This document shows, one piece after another, positions 12,071 to 22,848 of a stretch of 64,000 bases of DNA. The position numbers and the translations under genes are program-made. Below the pieces are notes generated by a model. That model was given only the letters and a program-made list of their open reading frames with translations. It had not been told where the DNA came from and did no database searches. The stretch comes from Epithemia pelagica. Its lineage: Eukaryota > Protista > Bacillariophyta. The stretch lies in the NCBI GenBank assembly GCA_946965045.2, contig OX337234.1, positions 2,728,001 through 2,792,000 on the forward strand, read 5' to 3'. How positions within the stretch are numbered: the first letter of the stretch is position 1; each line of letters opens with the position of its first letter.

Positions 12071-12772
12071 CTAGGATGTTTCGGTTGATTCTTGAGCTGG
12101 GGCGTCTTCCTCTGTGGTTGATTTCACTTGGTTGACAAGTTCCGGCCATTGCTTGAATCGCATTCGGTGGTTGCAGTACCCATTGGGATGCTTTTCCAAA
12201 TAGCGCTGATGGGCAGCATGAGCCGCTGTGAATTTTTTGAGAGGTGTGACCAAGGTGGTGACGCTATTGCTCGCATAGACACGCAAGGCCCCTGCATCAA
12301 TCAAACCTTGAACTTCATCCCGAACCCGTTGAGCAATTTTGCTTTGTTCTTCGTCCCCACAAAAGACAAAACTGGCATATTGAAAGCCGACATCATTGCC
12401 TTGACGATTTTTGGTTGTAGGATCATGAAACTGGAAAAAGAATCGAGTCAATTCTTCAAAGTGTTTCTCGGGTTCATTCAACTCAACCATAAGGACTTCG
12501 ACATGGCCAGATTGTCCTGTACACACTTGCTGATAGGATGGGTTTTTCATCGACGGGCTATCGAATGGACTCATGAAGCCGACCTTGGCACTTTTAATAC
12601 TTCCAGGAAACTTCTCTTGAAAATTCTTGGTCACGTATTTCTCCGTTCCCCAATAACATCCCGCACCGAGGGCCACTTGGTTGGACAATCCCTGCTCCGC
12701 TTCCGCTGCCGGTCCAGCCGGACGTGTCTTGTTGCTGCTTTTGGATCCTTTCAAAAAATTAAAGATGGACAT
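12071..12772 (-). CDS. msrA: Peptide methionine sulfoxide reductase A
   Basis: GAGCYWGTE, PSYQQVCTGQSGHVE, HDPTTKNRQGNDVGFQY and HQRYL..GYC. Confidence 0.95.
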   Translation of the reverse strand: MSIFNFLKGSKSSNKTRPAGPAAEAEQGLSNQVALGAGCYWGTEKYVTKNFQEKFPGSIKSAKVGFMSPFDSPSMKNPSYQQVCTGQSGHVEVLMVELNEPEKHFEELTRFFFQFHDPTTKNRQGNDVGFQYASFVFCGDEEQSKIAQRVRDEVQGLIDAGALRVYASNSVTTLVTPLKKFTAAHAAHQRYLEKHPNGYCNHRMRFKQWPELVNQVKSTTEEDAPAQESTETS

Positions 12773-13115
12773 GCTTTTGATCTTCTCTTGTTTCAGTTTG
12801 ATTTGGTGTATTGATTCTTGGTGTTTGGGTTTTATGAGCTTTGTTTCGCTCTTCGCTCGTTGCCTTTTGGTTTTGTCATGATTGATTTTGGATGTTGGCC
12901 TGTGCAGGGAATGAAAGAGAAAGCTCTCTCGTGCCGACGTCGCTTTGTCGCGGTCGTGGCTATTTCGGTCGCGCGAAAAAGATCGGGGTTCTTTTCGAAG
13001 AATCTACCCTTGCTATGTGTATTTGCTATCGTGGAGTTGAAGGATTTGCTGTGTGGTTCCTCTCGTATTCCCGTTCCTTTTCATCTCACCCAGACTGCCC
13101 TGATGCTATGTGTCT

Positions 13116-13653
13116 GCTCAACGCTTTCTCAATACTCCTAATTCACAAGTCTGGACTGCATGGATGGATTTTTCTTGATGTCCACTCCCTCATGAGAAGT
13201 TGGTATCGCGGACACAGGATTTTCACTAAAAGCTTACTCCATTTGTTAAGCTTGCCTCCCATCACATTACCCCTTCTCGGTTCGTCAGGAACGCAAAAAA
13301 CCATCCATGGGCGTTTCCCCAGACTCTCATCTTGGACAAAGAGTGAAAAGATATGGCCCTTGTCGTCGGTAAACAAGACATCGACAAGTTTCGACCCATA
13401 ATCCGAAACATTATTCGGCAACCGGTTCTTTTTCTTCTCCAGAAACTCATGTCCAATCTGTGTAACGACAGCCACTTGATGTGGGTCCAAGTCGTCCACA
13501 GGCTCACCGTGGAGCTGTCCCCAGTGACGACGACGGCGTCCGCGCTTGCTTCCAGAACCACCAAGGTCGCCGTCGTCTACTCTCGCAGACAGAAATGTTG
13601 AGAATGGTACAGTCTTCTGCCAAGTTGTAATTGACTTCAAACCCCAAACTATG
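13116..13653 (-). pseudogene. Diverged duplicate of the leishmanolysin 3' end and downstream flank (18740-19279)
   Basis: Shared peptide LHGEPVDDLDPHQVAVVT..SKLVDVLFTDDK with small indels; the DNA aligns to 18740-19279. Confidence 0.85.
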
Positions 13654-14577
13654 CAATGCACCCAGAGTATCTTCTTTAGCGTACCGACGAACTCTTTAGC
13701 GACTCGAAGCACCAAGTGGTCACTGTCGACGTGAAAATGCTGAGCAGAAGCTGAGTCTCGCCGACGATTCAAAGCTAAACTGAAGACCAGTGTAAACAGC
13801 TTCTGAAAAATGAGTTTGCCAAGTTTCCCACGTGCTTGACCGTTGGAGTACATTATTCTTACTTCGAAGAAAAGCCACAAATCGATGGAGTGGTAGAGGG
13901 TCGTCCGCCCAAGCGCCGTTGGTTTGGATCTATGTGTGATCTACCGACGACATGCAGCGATCTGCCGATCTGCCAAAACCATTGACTTGATAGCGCCACA
14001 AGACCTTCACCCTGCCTTCACCGAATCGAACTAAGCAAAAATGTGCGGAACTCCAGAATATTTCCTCCATCCAGAATCCAGATCGTTATGACGATAACAA
14101 CAGCAAACAAATATGCCACCATTTTCCAGTTGAGAAACAGAGCAACGGAAGAACTTCCTCCAGGGAACGAATCAGGAGCAGCTGCGTATTAGCATCATGC
14201 GGAAATTGTGCGCGGAACAACCCTCTGGAATAAGTTGATGTCGCACAGGAATTTGCCGTGGATTCTATGGTGAAGACCGGTTTAAGGTATTGGAGCCATC
14301 GGCATTGCCGGCGAGTTTTGTTCGCAGTCAACATCACAATCACAGGGCATGGCAGTTTCGGGACACCGGAATGGGAAAATGTCAGGCAGGTCGACTCCTC
14401 TCAGCTTCTGATGACAGGCAACGTCTGCACGATCCATATAAATTAATAAGTCTCTTCCGTTCCTCCATCTCTATGTACAAATAAACCTGAACTTGCATGC
14501 TGCTGTTCCACGGCCCAGCGTGCGTGAGATTCGGCATTCAGCAAAGAAGCGCTGTTTGGAAAGAACATTAGCCCTCG

Positions 14578-17500
14578 CTAGCTTTCGATTGTGTGTGATG
14601 GTTGACTGGTGATGCATTCCTTGCATTTGCTGGAAGGCTTCTTCCAACTGAGATCTGGAGAACTCTGCTTCGGTCTTGAACACCTGACACCGCTCACAAC
14701 GTCGGCCAATTTCCATATTACTCTCAGAAGCAGATCCGCTAGCGTTGTGTTGGTCTTTATTCAACCGGTTGAGGAGCGCGAGACTGTTCTTGTGAGCTCT
14801 CTGGTCGCTCGGTGTCGAAGCCATGACAAAAGTTTTACCGCCGGTGGAACCAGAAGCAGACTTCTTCGAGCATTCATACACAAGATGTTTTTTCTGACGC
14901 TTTAGAACCCAACCGCCCTTTCTCAAAGCTTCCTCTACTGTTTCGGCGGGCACAAACGCTGGCTGCAAGTCCTCGGACACATCTTCGAGGTTCTCATCCT
15001 CGATTCCATCGATCGTGATTGCGTCTTCGTCGTCGTACAGGCTACAGTTCTGGACTGGTACATCTACCTTGGTGCCATCTCGCTCCAGCCGGACGACGAC
15101 AACACCTGCAAAGCACGCGATTACCCAACCAATCGCTTTCCTATCTCCAGTACGTGTACCATTGTCAATCTCAACGACGACCTTTCTCCCAACAGCAAAG
15201 TTCTGTTCTGTCGAGACTTCTAGCATAAGAGCACACGCATAAAATTCGACCTCCCTTCCACCAAAGAAGTCCTGTGTGATGCTTCGGTGCGGTCCATCTG
15301 TCGAGACTTCTTCACGCATAAGAGTACATGCATGGGATCGAACAAGGACTCTGTGCATCTCTCCATCGACTTGAACCATAATCAATCCTGGGTAGGATGA
15401 CATGACAGAGGCGTATCTGCTGCGATATGTTGCTATGACTTCATGAGATTCGGAAGGGGGTCCCGTTGACCAAGTTTCTCCAGCCATATCCCAGTCCACT
15501 ACAACTCGTGAACCCTTGGGAAATTCTTCGTCATAGTCCCTGTGGTCTTCTTCGAAAGGGTGACAGCAAGTGTCAGGGAGCTGCACTGGACGATTCTCAC
15601 CATCCATCAAGACGGCTACGACTCCCAGATAGGAAGCGACAACTGTCCCAAGCCGTTGATGATGTACTAACATTGTCACCTGAGATAAAACACTTGTGAT
15701 CGGGCTAGATTCCACCACAACTCTCTGACCGACGGGGAATTTGTCGAGGGTACTCGTCACCTCTTGCGTAACATGTGCAAGCATCTCGATACAGAAGGCA
15801 TCATTCTTGCCACGCTTTGGTGCCTTATTGCGAGTCTCGTTGACGACTTCCAGTCTAGTGAATTCTTTCGCTTCCTCTACAGTTCCAGGGAGAGTAACTT
15901 TGATGGTTTCGCTTGTCTCCGTGGCAAAAGCCATAAGCAAGGCCCGAAGTTCGGGCCCAGTGATGCTCTTGCGACCGAGAGCCTCGTAGAAGTCCATTGT
16001 TGCACTACGGGCGACCCATTGGCGATGCTGCAATCGGCACTTACAGGTTAGTCGGTTCATCTCTTCTTCAAAGGGAGTTCTTCGGCCAAGCATCAGTCGC
16101 CATTGGCGGTTCAAAAGCTCCGAAAGGTTGTTAATAGTGATCCATTTTCGGTGAAAACGTGATATCTCGGAGACACCAATTTGCTTTCTCACGTGCAGCG
16201 GAAACTCCAACGATCCAAGAGCACTATCAACGGTCCACAACGCCATGAGAAGGCACATGGTATGGACCAATAAACTCATGAGATCATTTTCACGATAATT
16301 CCGTTGAAAGAAACTACACCAGCTCGCGTACCAAAGCCAGTAGCAGGCGCTGCAAAGAATCAAAAAGCAAAATACCACAGTTGAAAGCGGTGGCGCCACA
16401 ATTTTGCGAGATCGTACAAGCCGCGATCGTTCATCCAGCTCAATGGAACGCTGCAGGTTCTTTCGTGGCATCGGCTGGGTCTCAAAGATTTCCTTCCGGG
16501 CTTCACTTTCGACTGTCGACTGAGGGACGCAACGAGAAGGATGTTTCCCTTTTGAAGTGGGAACCACGCAGTAGCTGAGGTCCAATAATCGGACATAATC
16601 CTTAACAAACTTTTTAACCTCTTTCTCTTTCTGTGCGACATCGTCTGCCGTATCAGACAGGCGATGGCGTGCTTTGCTGTCGACTGATGGAGCGGGTACG
16701 CACTGTTGAAGACGCTGGGTGAGGCTCGTTTCGAGTTTCTCCTTGTTATTTTCCATCATCTCCAAGTATTCGTTACGGATGAACTTGAGTGCCTGAATGC
16801 CGCCGCCGCTTGCAACAGCAATAAATTCCACGGAAATACGCTCCGACGCAGACATACCTCGTCCCAAGGCTTCGAGGCGGCGCATGGCTACTTCGACGTA
16901 TTGCGAGAAGGTGAACGCAATTATTAGCTGCAAGTAAGCGTTCATATTGTTTCTGCACGGAGGTTTGGGACGGAAGACTTTGCCACGTGCGATTTCGATG
17001 CTACCTCTATCATAGATGATGTCGATGCCACCTCTATCATGCATGATGGAGGTACTTCCTTGACATCCAAAAGGCACATCAAAATCAAGAGAAGCGGCCG
17101 GAAAGTTGTTCACATATCGACTCGACGTGGAACTCCTTCGCCTGAGTCGACGGTCAAAGTGGTACCTTGTGAAACCAGTTCCGTCTCTCAATATGCTATG
17201 GGTTTCACCAAATGAATCAGTAGGGAAGACGAAAAGACCCATCTCTGTAGCCAAAACTTCAATTTCTGCCGCAACAAGCGGTGTACCTCCAAACTCAAAC
17301 AAGAATGGCTTTGTGTGGTCTTCTTGAAGGGATTTCATGACCATCGCAAATTCATGAACAATGTCCGAGTTCAATTTCGAAACAGGCAAGTCGGATCTTG
17401 TTGTAGCTTTGACAGATTCGAACCGGTGGCAAAACTGGGTTCGAATGAGTTCCAAGGATGAGTGATTCAATGTTGCCAGCACCAAATCCGGTGATGACTT

Positions 17501-17959
17501 GATGATTTTGCGGGCAAAGAGCTCTCGAAGAATGACACTGTCTCCAAGGGCCAGGGCCGCAGCGAAAGCAATTTCGTCAGGTGTATTCTCACATCCATTC
17601 CCTAATGCGGGAAGTTGTAGTCCTCGCAGGTTGCCCGCAAGAGAAGATCTTGGCTGCAGAGCTTTGTGACGTATTTGCTGCAGCAATTCGATCAGCAATT
17701 CTCGCAAACCTTCCTCCCGCTGCATGCTAAACTCGAAATGGTCCATGAAATCTCCTTCACGCTGGTTCTTCTTGACCCCCTGACGCTGTTTTCGCTTCTC
17801 CTCCTGAAGCAGCATTTCCTCAATTTCCGCAGTGCGCTCCATCTGCCGTTGCTCTTCTTCTTTGGCTTCCTGTTGGCATTCTCTCTCCTTGAGCGCTTCA
17901 TTGCCCATATAAAACACTGCTCCCAGCGCCGCCAAGCCTACGACAGCTCGGTTTGCCAT
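14578..17959 (-). CDS. Large membrane protein with 3 SH3/Tudor-like repeats, a HicA-like domain and an Stc1-like zinc finger
   Basis: Long ORF with N-terminal and central hydrophobic segments and three F-x-x-G-x-[RK]-VVV repeats, then GWVLKRQKKH..TPSDQRA. Removing one base at 14646-14647 completes CERC..FSRSQWKK..CKEC with a stop at 14578. Confidence 0.7.
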
Positions 17960-18907
17960 GGTCCGGAGCTCTGCAGAAGGTTACACCCAAGGTCCACGGT
18001 CACAGCTAGGTAAGCTCGAGACAATAGATGACACAGGACAACTTGAAGCTTTTACGAGTTGATGAGGCTCCCGACCACAAGCTGTAGAATGCTTTCTACC
18101 TAGAACGTTGTTGTGCTCAATTACACTTCGGGACAATCCGTAGATTATAAGTTCATCCAGCGCCTAGATTGGTTTGTTTAGATCATCGCCATGACTCTAG
18201 ACCACGATACGTTTTGCCCACTTTACAAGATACCTTGGATCTTGGATGAACAATCCGTGCACTGTTCTTGACCCGTTGGCGTTGGCGTTTTGCGTTTGCG
18301 TTCGGGCGATGAGAACTATTTTGGTACCCCCAGCGGGGGTGCGTGAGTCCCGCAGGCCTCAGTCGGAAGAAAGCTGCAGTGAGTAAGGGACTTGACCTTA
18401 TAGTGCGACTGATGGAGTCGATCCTGCTTGGGAGTAACTATTTTGGTCGTGCGGTTGATTCGAAAAGTCTACCGTTGCTATCTGGATAGTTGCTATCGAG
18501 AGTTATTCCTCTCGTTTTCTTTTCATCTTGTCCATGCTGGTAGATGCGTATGCACCTCATTGACTTATGACATTGGCTGTATTGCTCCAGGTCAATTTAA
18601 ATACTCGTACTCCTATGAAATAAATTTCAGTAAATAATGACCTTGCGATGTTTTTACAACATGTCTTTGTCATGTTGCAACCTGAAGCAGACATTACAAT
18701 TTCACTTGCTTCTCCGCAATGGTGCACTGCGGACATTTTGCTCAATGCTTTCTCAATACTCGTATCTCTTCAGTGTGGACTGCATGGATGGATTGTTCTC
18801 GATGTCCAATCCCACATGGGAAGTTGGTATCGCGGACACAGGATTTCACTACAAGCCATACATCGATTACTCCATTTGTTAAGGTTGCCTCCCTCCGCCT
18901 CGGTTCG

Positions 18908-21538
18908 TCAGGAGCGCGAAAAGCCATCCATGGACGTATCCACAGACTCCTCATCTTGAACAAAGAGTGAAAAGATATTGTCCTTGTCGTCGGTAAACAA
19001 GACATCGACAAGTTTCGACCCAAAATCCGAAACACCATTCGGCAGACGGTTCTTGTTCTTCTCCAGAAACTCGTGTCCAATCCGTGTAACGACAGCCACT
19101 TGATGTGGGTCCAGGTCATCCACAGGCTCACCATGGAGCTGTCTCCAGTGACGACGACGGCGTCTGTGCTTGCTTCCAGAACCCCCAAGTCGCCGTCGTC
19201 TACTCTCGATGCAGACAGAAATGTCGGGAATAGTATAGGCTTCTGCCAAGTCGTAATTGACTTCAAACCCCAAATCATGTAATCCACCCACAGTAATGTT
19301 GGAAAGGATATTGACCGAATTGATCATACCGGTCAAGATTTCATTTCGCAAGCATCCTTCGTCCCAATGAACATAAATGGTACCCTTTTCTCCATCTTCT
19401 TCAATGGGAACTGTCCACTGACTGACATCTCCTTGTGCGCCACTGGTTTGTAGAATGTTCCGATACGCCTCGTTCGCGTGTCTGCCGGTGTACTCTCCCA
19501 GTTCCTCATACAGACCATTATCCTTCCACAAGGTTCCCAAGCCCAGGACATGTGCAATTTCGTGCGTCACTACACTCCCCAATGTGTTTTCATTCACCAT
19601 GGTCCACAAATCTACCGTATCCAGTGCCAGGTAGCCCGTAAAGCTTTTGATGAATCCCTGTGGATCCGTCCAGGTCAGACCCGGTCCCGCAAATCCCAAA
19701 ATGTTCAAATTGTTCGAACCAGACCCATCAATGGACGCCGCGGCCGCTTCAATGTAGATATCATCGACACTAAATCCCAAGACATTGTGACTGGTTCCAT
19801 CATCCGCCGTAAGAACTCGGCCCCATGTTTGCTTGGCGTTGAGAAAGGCTTTGGAGAAACTATGGAGTAGACTACCACTCTCCAAAAGACCTTTGGAAAC
19901 ATCCACAATCTCGATGCAAATATTGAAATTGTCCGGATCATTGTGTTCACAGAGCTCGGTTGCGGGAGGTTCCACGAGGTTTGTGTTTCCCCTCTCGTCC
20001 ACTTGGAAGCAATGATAACCGGTTGAGAAGCGAAAGTCACCGCCCTCCAGAACCCGGTTCCCATTGACCTTGACTTCGTAGGAACCATTTCCTTCATCAC
20101 AACATATGCCATCGCCGTAATCATCCATCCCCCGAAAGCAATAGGTCCTACCAGATTCAATGTCAGTCGTGAGCGAGCCTTGCGTTGTCTCTGTCCGTTC
20201 GTTTTGAAGGATAATCGTGCCTTGTTCGTCGGTAATTTCAAACGTAAACTCTTTGGGGAAAGCATCAGCGTTCCAGTGCACTTCCACTTGTGCCTTGAGA
20301 GTGTTTTGACTTCCAGTCCATACAGTACTAGTCGAAGGGGGAACAAACGAAGGAGTCACTAGGAGATCTTGGGTCGGACGCGGCGATGGAAGCGACGATG
20401 GCGTCGTCAGAGGTGCGTTCGTGGGCCATGAAGAGGGATTTCTGGATGGCACATTGGTGGGCCACGGAGAGGGTGGTTGCCACAGAGAAGGAGGGATGGT
20501 CGGCAGAGGTGTTGGGACTCTCGACGGGTTTGTTATTGGAGACTTGGATGGAAGGGATGACGGCGTCGTGAGAGGTGCTTCTGTGGGCCATGGAGAGGGA
20601 TTCCTGGATGGCATGTTGGTGGGCCACGGAGAGGGTGTTTGCCACAGAAACGGTGGGAGGGTCGGCAATGGTGTTGGGACTCTCGATGGGTTAGTTGTCG
20701 GAGACATGGAAGACCCTCGTAGAGCGGGTGCCGGTGTACTTGAGGATGGGTTCTTGGTGCCATCATCCTTTGACGGCACTTGCGATGGAGATTTTGATGG
20801 CATTCGAGATGGTGCCTCTGTCATCACCGATGGGGTCGTCGTGGGATGAGTGGAAGATGGAAATGCGGAAGGCCGCAGCGTCAGTTCCGGTCCCTCCAAA
20901 GAAGGACGTACAGTTGTGACAATGGTCGATGGGGGAGCGGATGGAATCCTGGTGGGCCGTAGAGATGGCGCTGGTGTGGTCGGTGGATCGAACATGGTTG
21001 GTTCCTCGGATGGACCTGTGGATGGTGTTTTGGATGGCCGACGCGATGGAGCGACCGTCATTGCTAAAGGAGAAACTGTTGGATCCAAAGACACTTTGGA
21101 AGCCGGTCCTGCTGACGGCGAAGGCACATTCTTGTCATCTAGTGTTGGAGCAACAACCCAAAAGCAGGTTGCATCGGTTTCGAGCTCCTCGACTGGACCA
21201 GTCTTGAACTCCACCTGCAACGTGTAGCAATACATCCCTTGGTCCAACATCTTGGGTGAAAGGACAGACACATTGCTGGTAGCTTCATCTGACACCTTGA
21301 CTTTGAGTTTGTGTTTCTTTTCTTTCTTGCCATCTGGACTGGTTTTCCAATATTCAAGCTTGGCCTTCTCCACGGATTCGGGAGGAAAGGTTGCCTCAAA
21401 TCGTACGTGGCCCGTAGACTCAATAGAATCTTGGACCGGAACGAGACTTGCCAAGTAGTTTTCCTTGGATGCAGCTGTGGAAGTGAATGCAACCACCATG
21501 ATGGTGAGACAACCAACCAGCCGGCTGTAGTGCATCAT
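18908..21538 (-). CDS. Secreted leishmanolysin-like (M8) zinc metalloprotease with Pro/Thr/Ser linker
   Basis: HEIAHVLG, HWDE..NEILTG and ITVGGLHDLGF; signal peptide after the ATG at 21538. Confidence 0.85.
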   Translation of the reverse strand: MMHYSRLVGCLTIMVVAFTSTAASKENYLASLVPVQDSIESTGHVRFEATFPPESVEKAKLEYWKTSPDGKKEKKHKLKVKVSDEATSNVSVLSPKMLDQGMYCYTLQVEFKTGPVEELETDATCFWVVAPTLDDKNVPSPSAGPASKVSLDPTVSPLAMTVAPSRRPSKTPSTGPSEEPTMFDPPTTPAPSLRPTRIPSAPPSTIVTTVRPSLEGPELTLRPSAFPSSTHPTTTPSVMTEAPSRMPSKSPSQVPSKDDGTKNPSSSTPAPALRGSSMSPTTNPSRVPTPLPTLPPFLWQTPSPWPTNMPSRNPSPWPTEAPLTTPSSLPSKSPITNPSRVPTPLPTIPPSLWQPPSPWPTNVPSRNPSSWPTNAPLTTPSSLPSPRPTQDLLVTPSFVPPSTSTVWTGSQNTLKAQVEVHWNADAFPKEFTFEITDEQGTIILQNERTETTQGSLTTDIESGRTYCFRGMDDYGDGICCDEGNGSYEVKVNGNRVLEGGDFRFSTGYHCFQVDERGNTNLVEPPATELCEHNDPDNFNICIEIVDVSKGLLESGSLLHSFSKAFLNAKQTWGRVLTADDGTSHNVLGFSVDDIYIEAAAASIDGSGSNNLNILGFAGPGLTWTDPQGFIKSFTGYLALDTVDLWTMVNENTLGSVVTHEIAHVLGLGTLWKDNGLYEELGEYTGRHANEAYRNILQTSGAQGDVSQWTVPIEEDGEKGTIYVHWDEGCLRNEILTGMINSVNILSNITVGGLHDLGFEVNYDLAEAYTIPDISVCIESRRRRLGGSGSKHRRRRRHWRQLHGEPVDDLDPHQVAVVTRIGHEFLEKNKNRLPNGVSDFGSKLVDVLFTDDKDNIFSLFVQDEESVDTSMDGFSRS
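20385..20695 (-). repeat. Two-copy 162-bp (54-aa) coding tandem repeat
   Basis: TNPSRVPTPLPT..PSPWPTN..PLTTPSSLPS twice; GTTGGGACTCTCGA at 20511 and 20673. Confidence 0.85.
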
Positions 21539-22327
21539 GATCCGTGCCGTCCGAAAATGCCTACGACGAACGGTCTGCCACTCCAAAATATGAGCTTTTC
21601 CAATGGCGCTCATGAGATGGATTCATCCTTGCGTTCCGGACTGGTCCAAAATTTCACTTTGGAACGGCGGGAAGGAGGCTCTTTCAAACGAACATTCCCC
21701 TTGTGGTTGTGTGTGGGCGGTCTGCGAGAGAAGGATCCAACCGACCAAAACCATGTGTCCAAGCCATTCTTATGTAACTGAATGAAACTAAAGCCTGTGT
21801 GACGATCCGTTGGGTGACACCGAGTATGTTCTTTCTTCGCACCGCTATCGTTGGAGCTAGACACATGAAATACATACACAAAAGTTCCGAAATGTACCAA
21901 CCACGTGATAGCATACCTGCCACGCTCACACACCAAGGACGCCTTGGTAAGGATGTTCTCCTCTAAGCGTTTGGTGGATAGGACGTACAAAGATCAAGAA
22001 TAAGAGAGCATCGTCAATCGTCTTTTTTTTTTCTTTTTTTTCTTGTAGAGATTTTGATATCAAAAGGGGGAGTTCCCGGATCGCAATGCAATCAACCCCC
22101 AGTAAAATTCCGCCCCCAATTCTGTTGATAATTCAAAGGGGTCCTCTAAGCTAGACAGTACAATATGGTAGAGCTACTAGCTATGAGTACCTTATTATGC
22201 GACATGCCCGACACAGATTACGGAAGATACAAGATACCTTTTGCACTACTTAATCGTAAACAGTACAATCCGCCTCAACATGTGAGACACACTTCAACCC
22301 CAACAATACACAGAATTCAGTCCAATA

Positions 22328-22348
22328 CCAGCTAACGGTGTAAACGGT
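22328..22348 (+). repeat. Left TIR CCAGCTAACGGTGTAAACGGT
   Basis: Reverse complement of 28432-28452 with one mismatch. Confidence 0.9.
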
Positions 22349-22848
22349 CGTAGCCGGCCTTGCCGAGACGTGGCCAGAAGCGCCTTCATTTACTATGACA
22401 CAAATAGTGAGAAGCCCTTTTGTTAAATGAAAAACTACCATCAGCCAAAATTTTGGAGATTTAGGGTAGCCCCTAGCTTGGACCCGTTTCAACGGATCAA
22501 TTGGACCCCTGAGAGCGAGACCAACGGTCGGAAATGATCCAATGGTCATCCAAGCAACATTCCCCGCCGTTGGTCTCGCTCTCAGACATCCAATAGGTTC
22601 CCAAATTTGGCTCCTAAAAGAACAGCCCCTTTTTTCGTCGGATGGTACTCACCAAAAAATGAGCGGCCTATGGAACTTCAGCCGACGCACCAACACTAAC
22701 ATTAATACCACTACAGTAAATCTATGTTAATCGCACATTAGTCTCATCCAATTTTCCAAAAACCAACCATCTCGTCCAACTGCGTTTGACTTGATTTCGA
22801 TACCATTATAAGGATTACATCCCTATCCCCGAGAGACAACAAACAACG

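Noticed and set aside
13653-18730. Possible short TIRs around the HicA-like gene (GCAATGCACC / GGTGCACTGC)
   Set aside because: Only 9/10 bp, no TSD and no transposase; compatible with chance.
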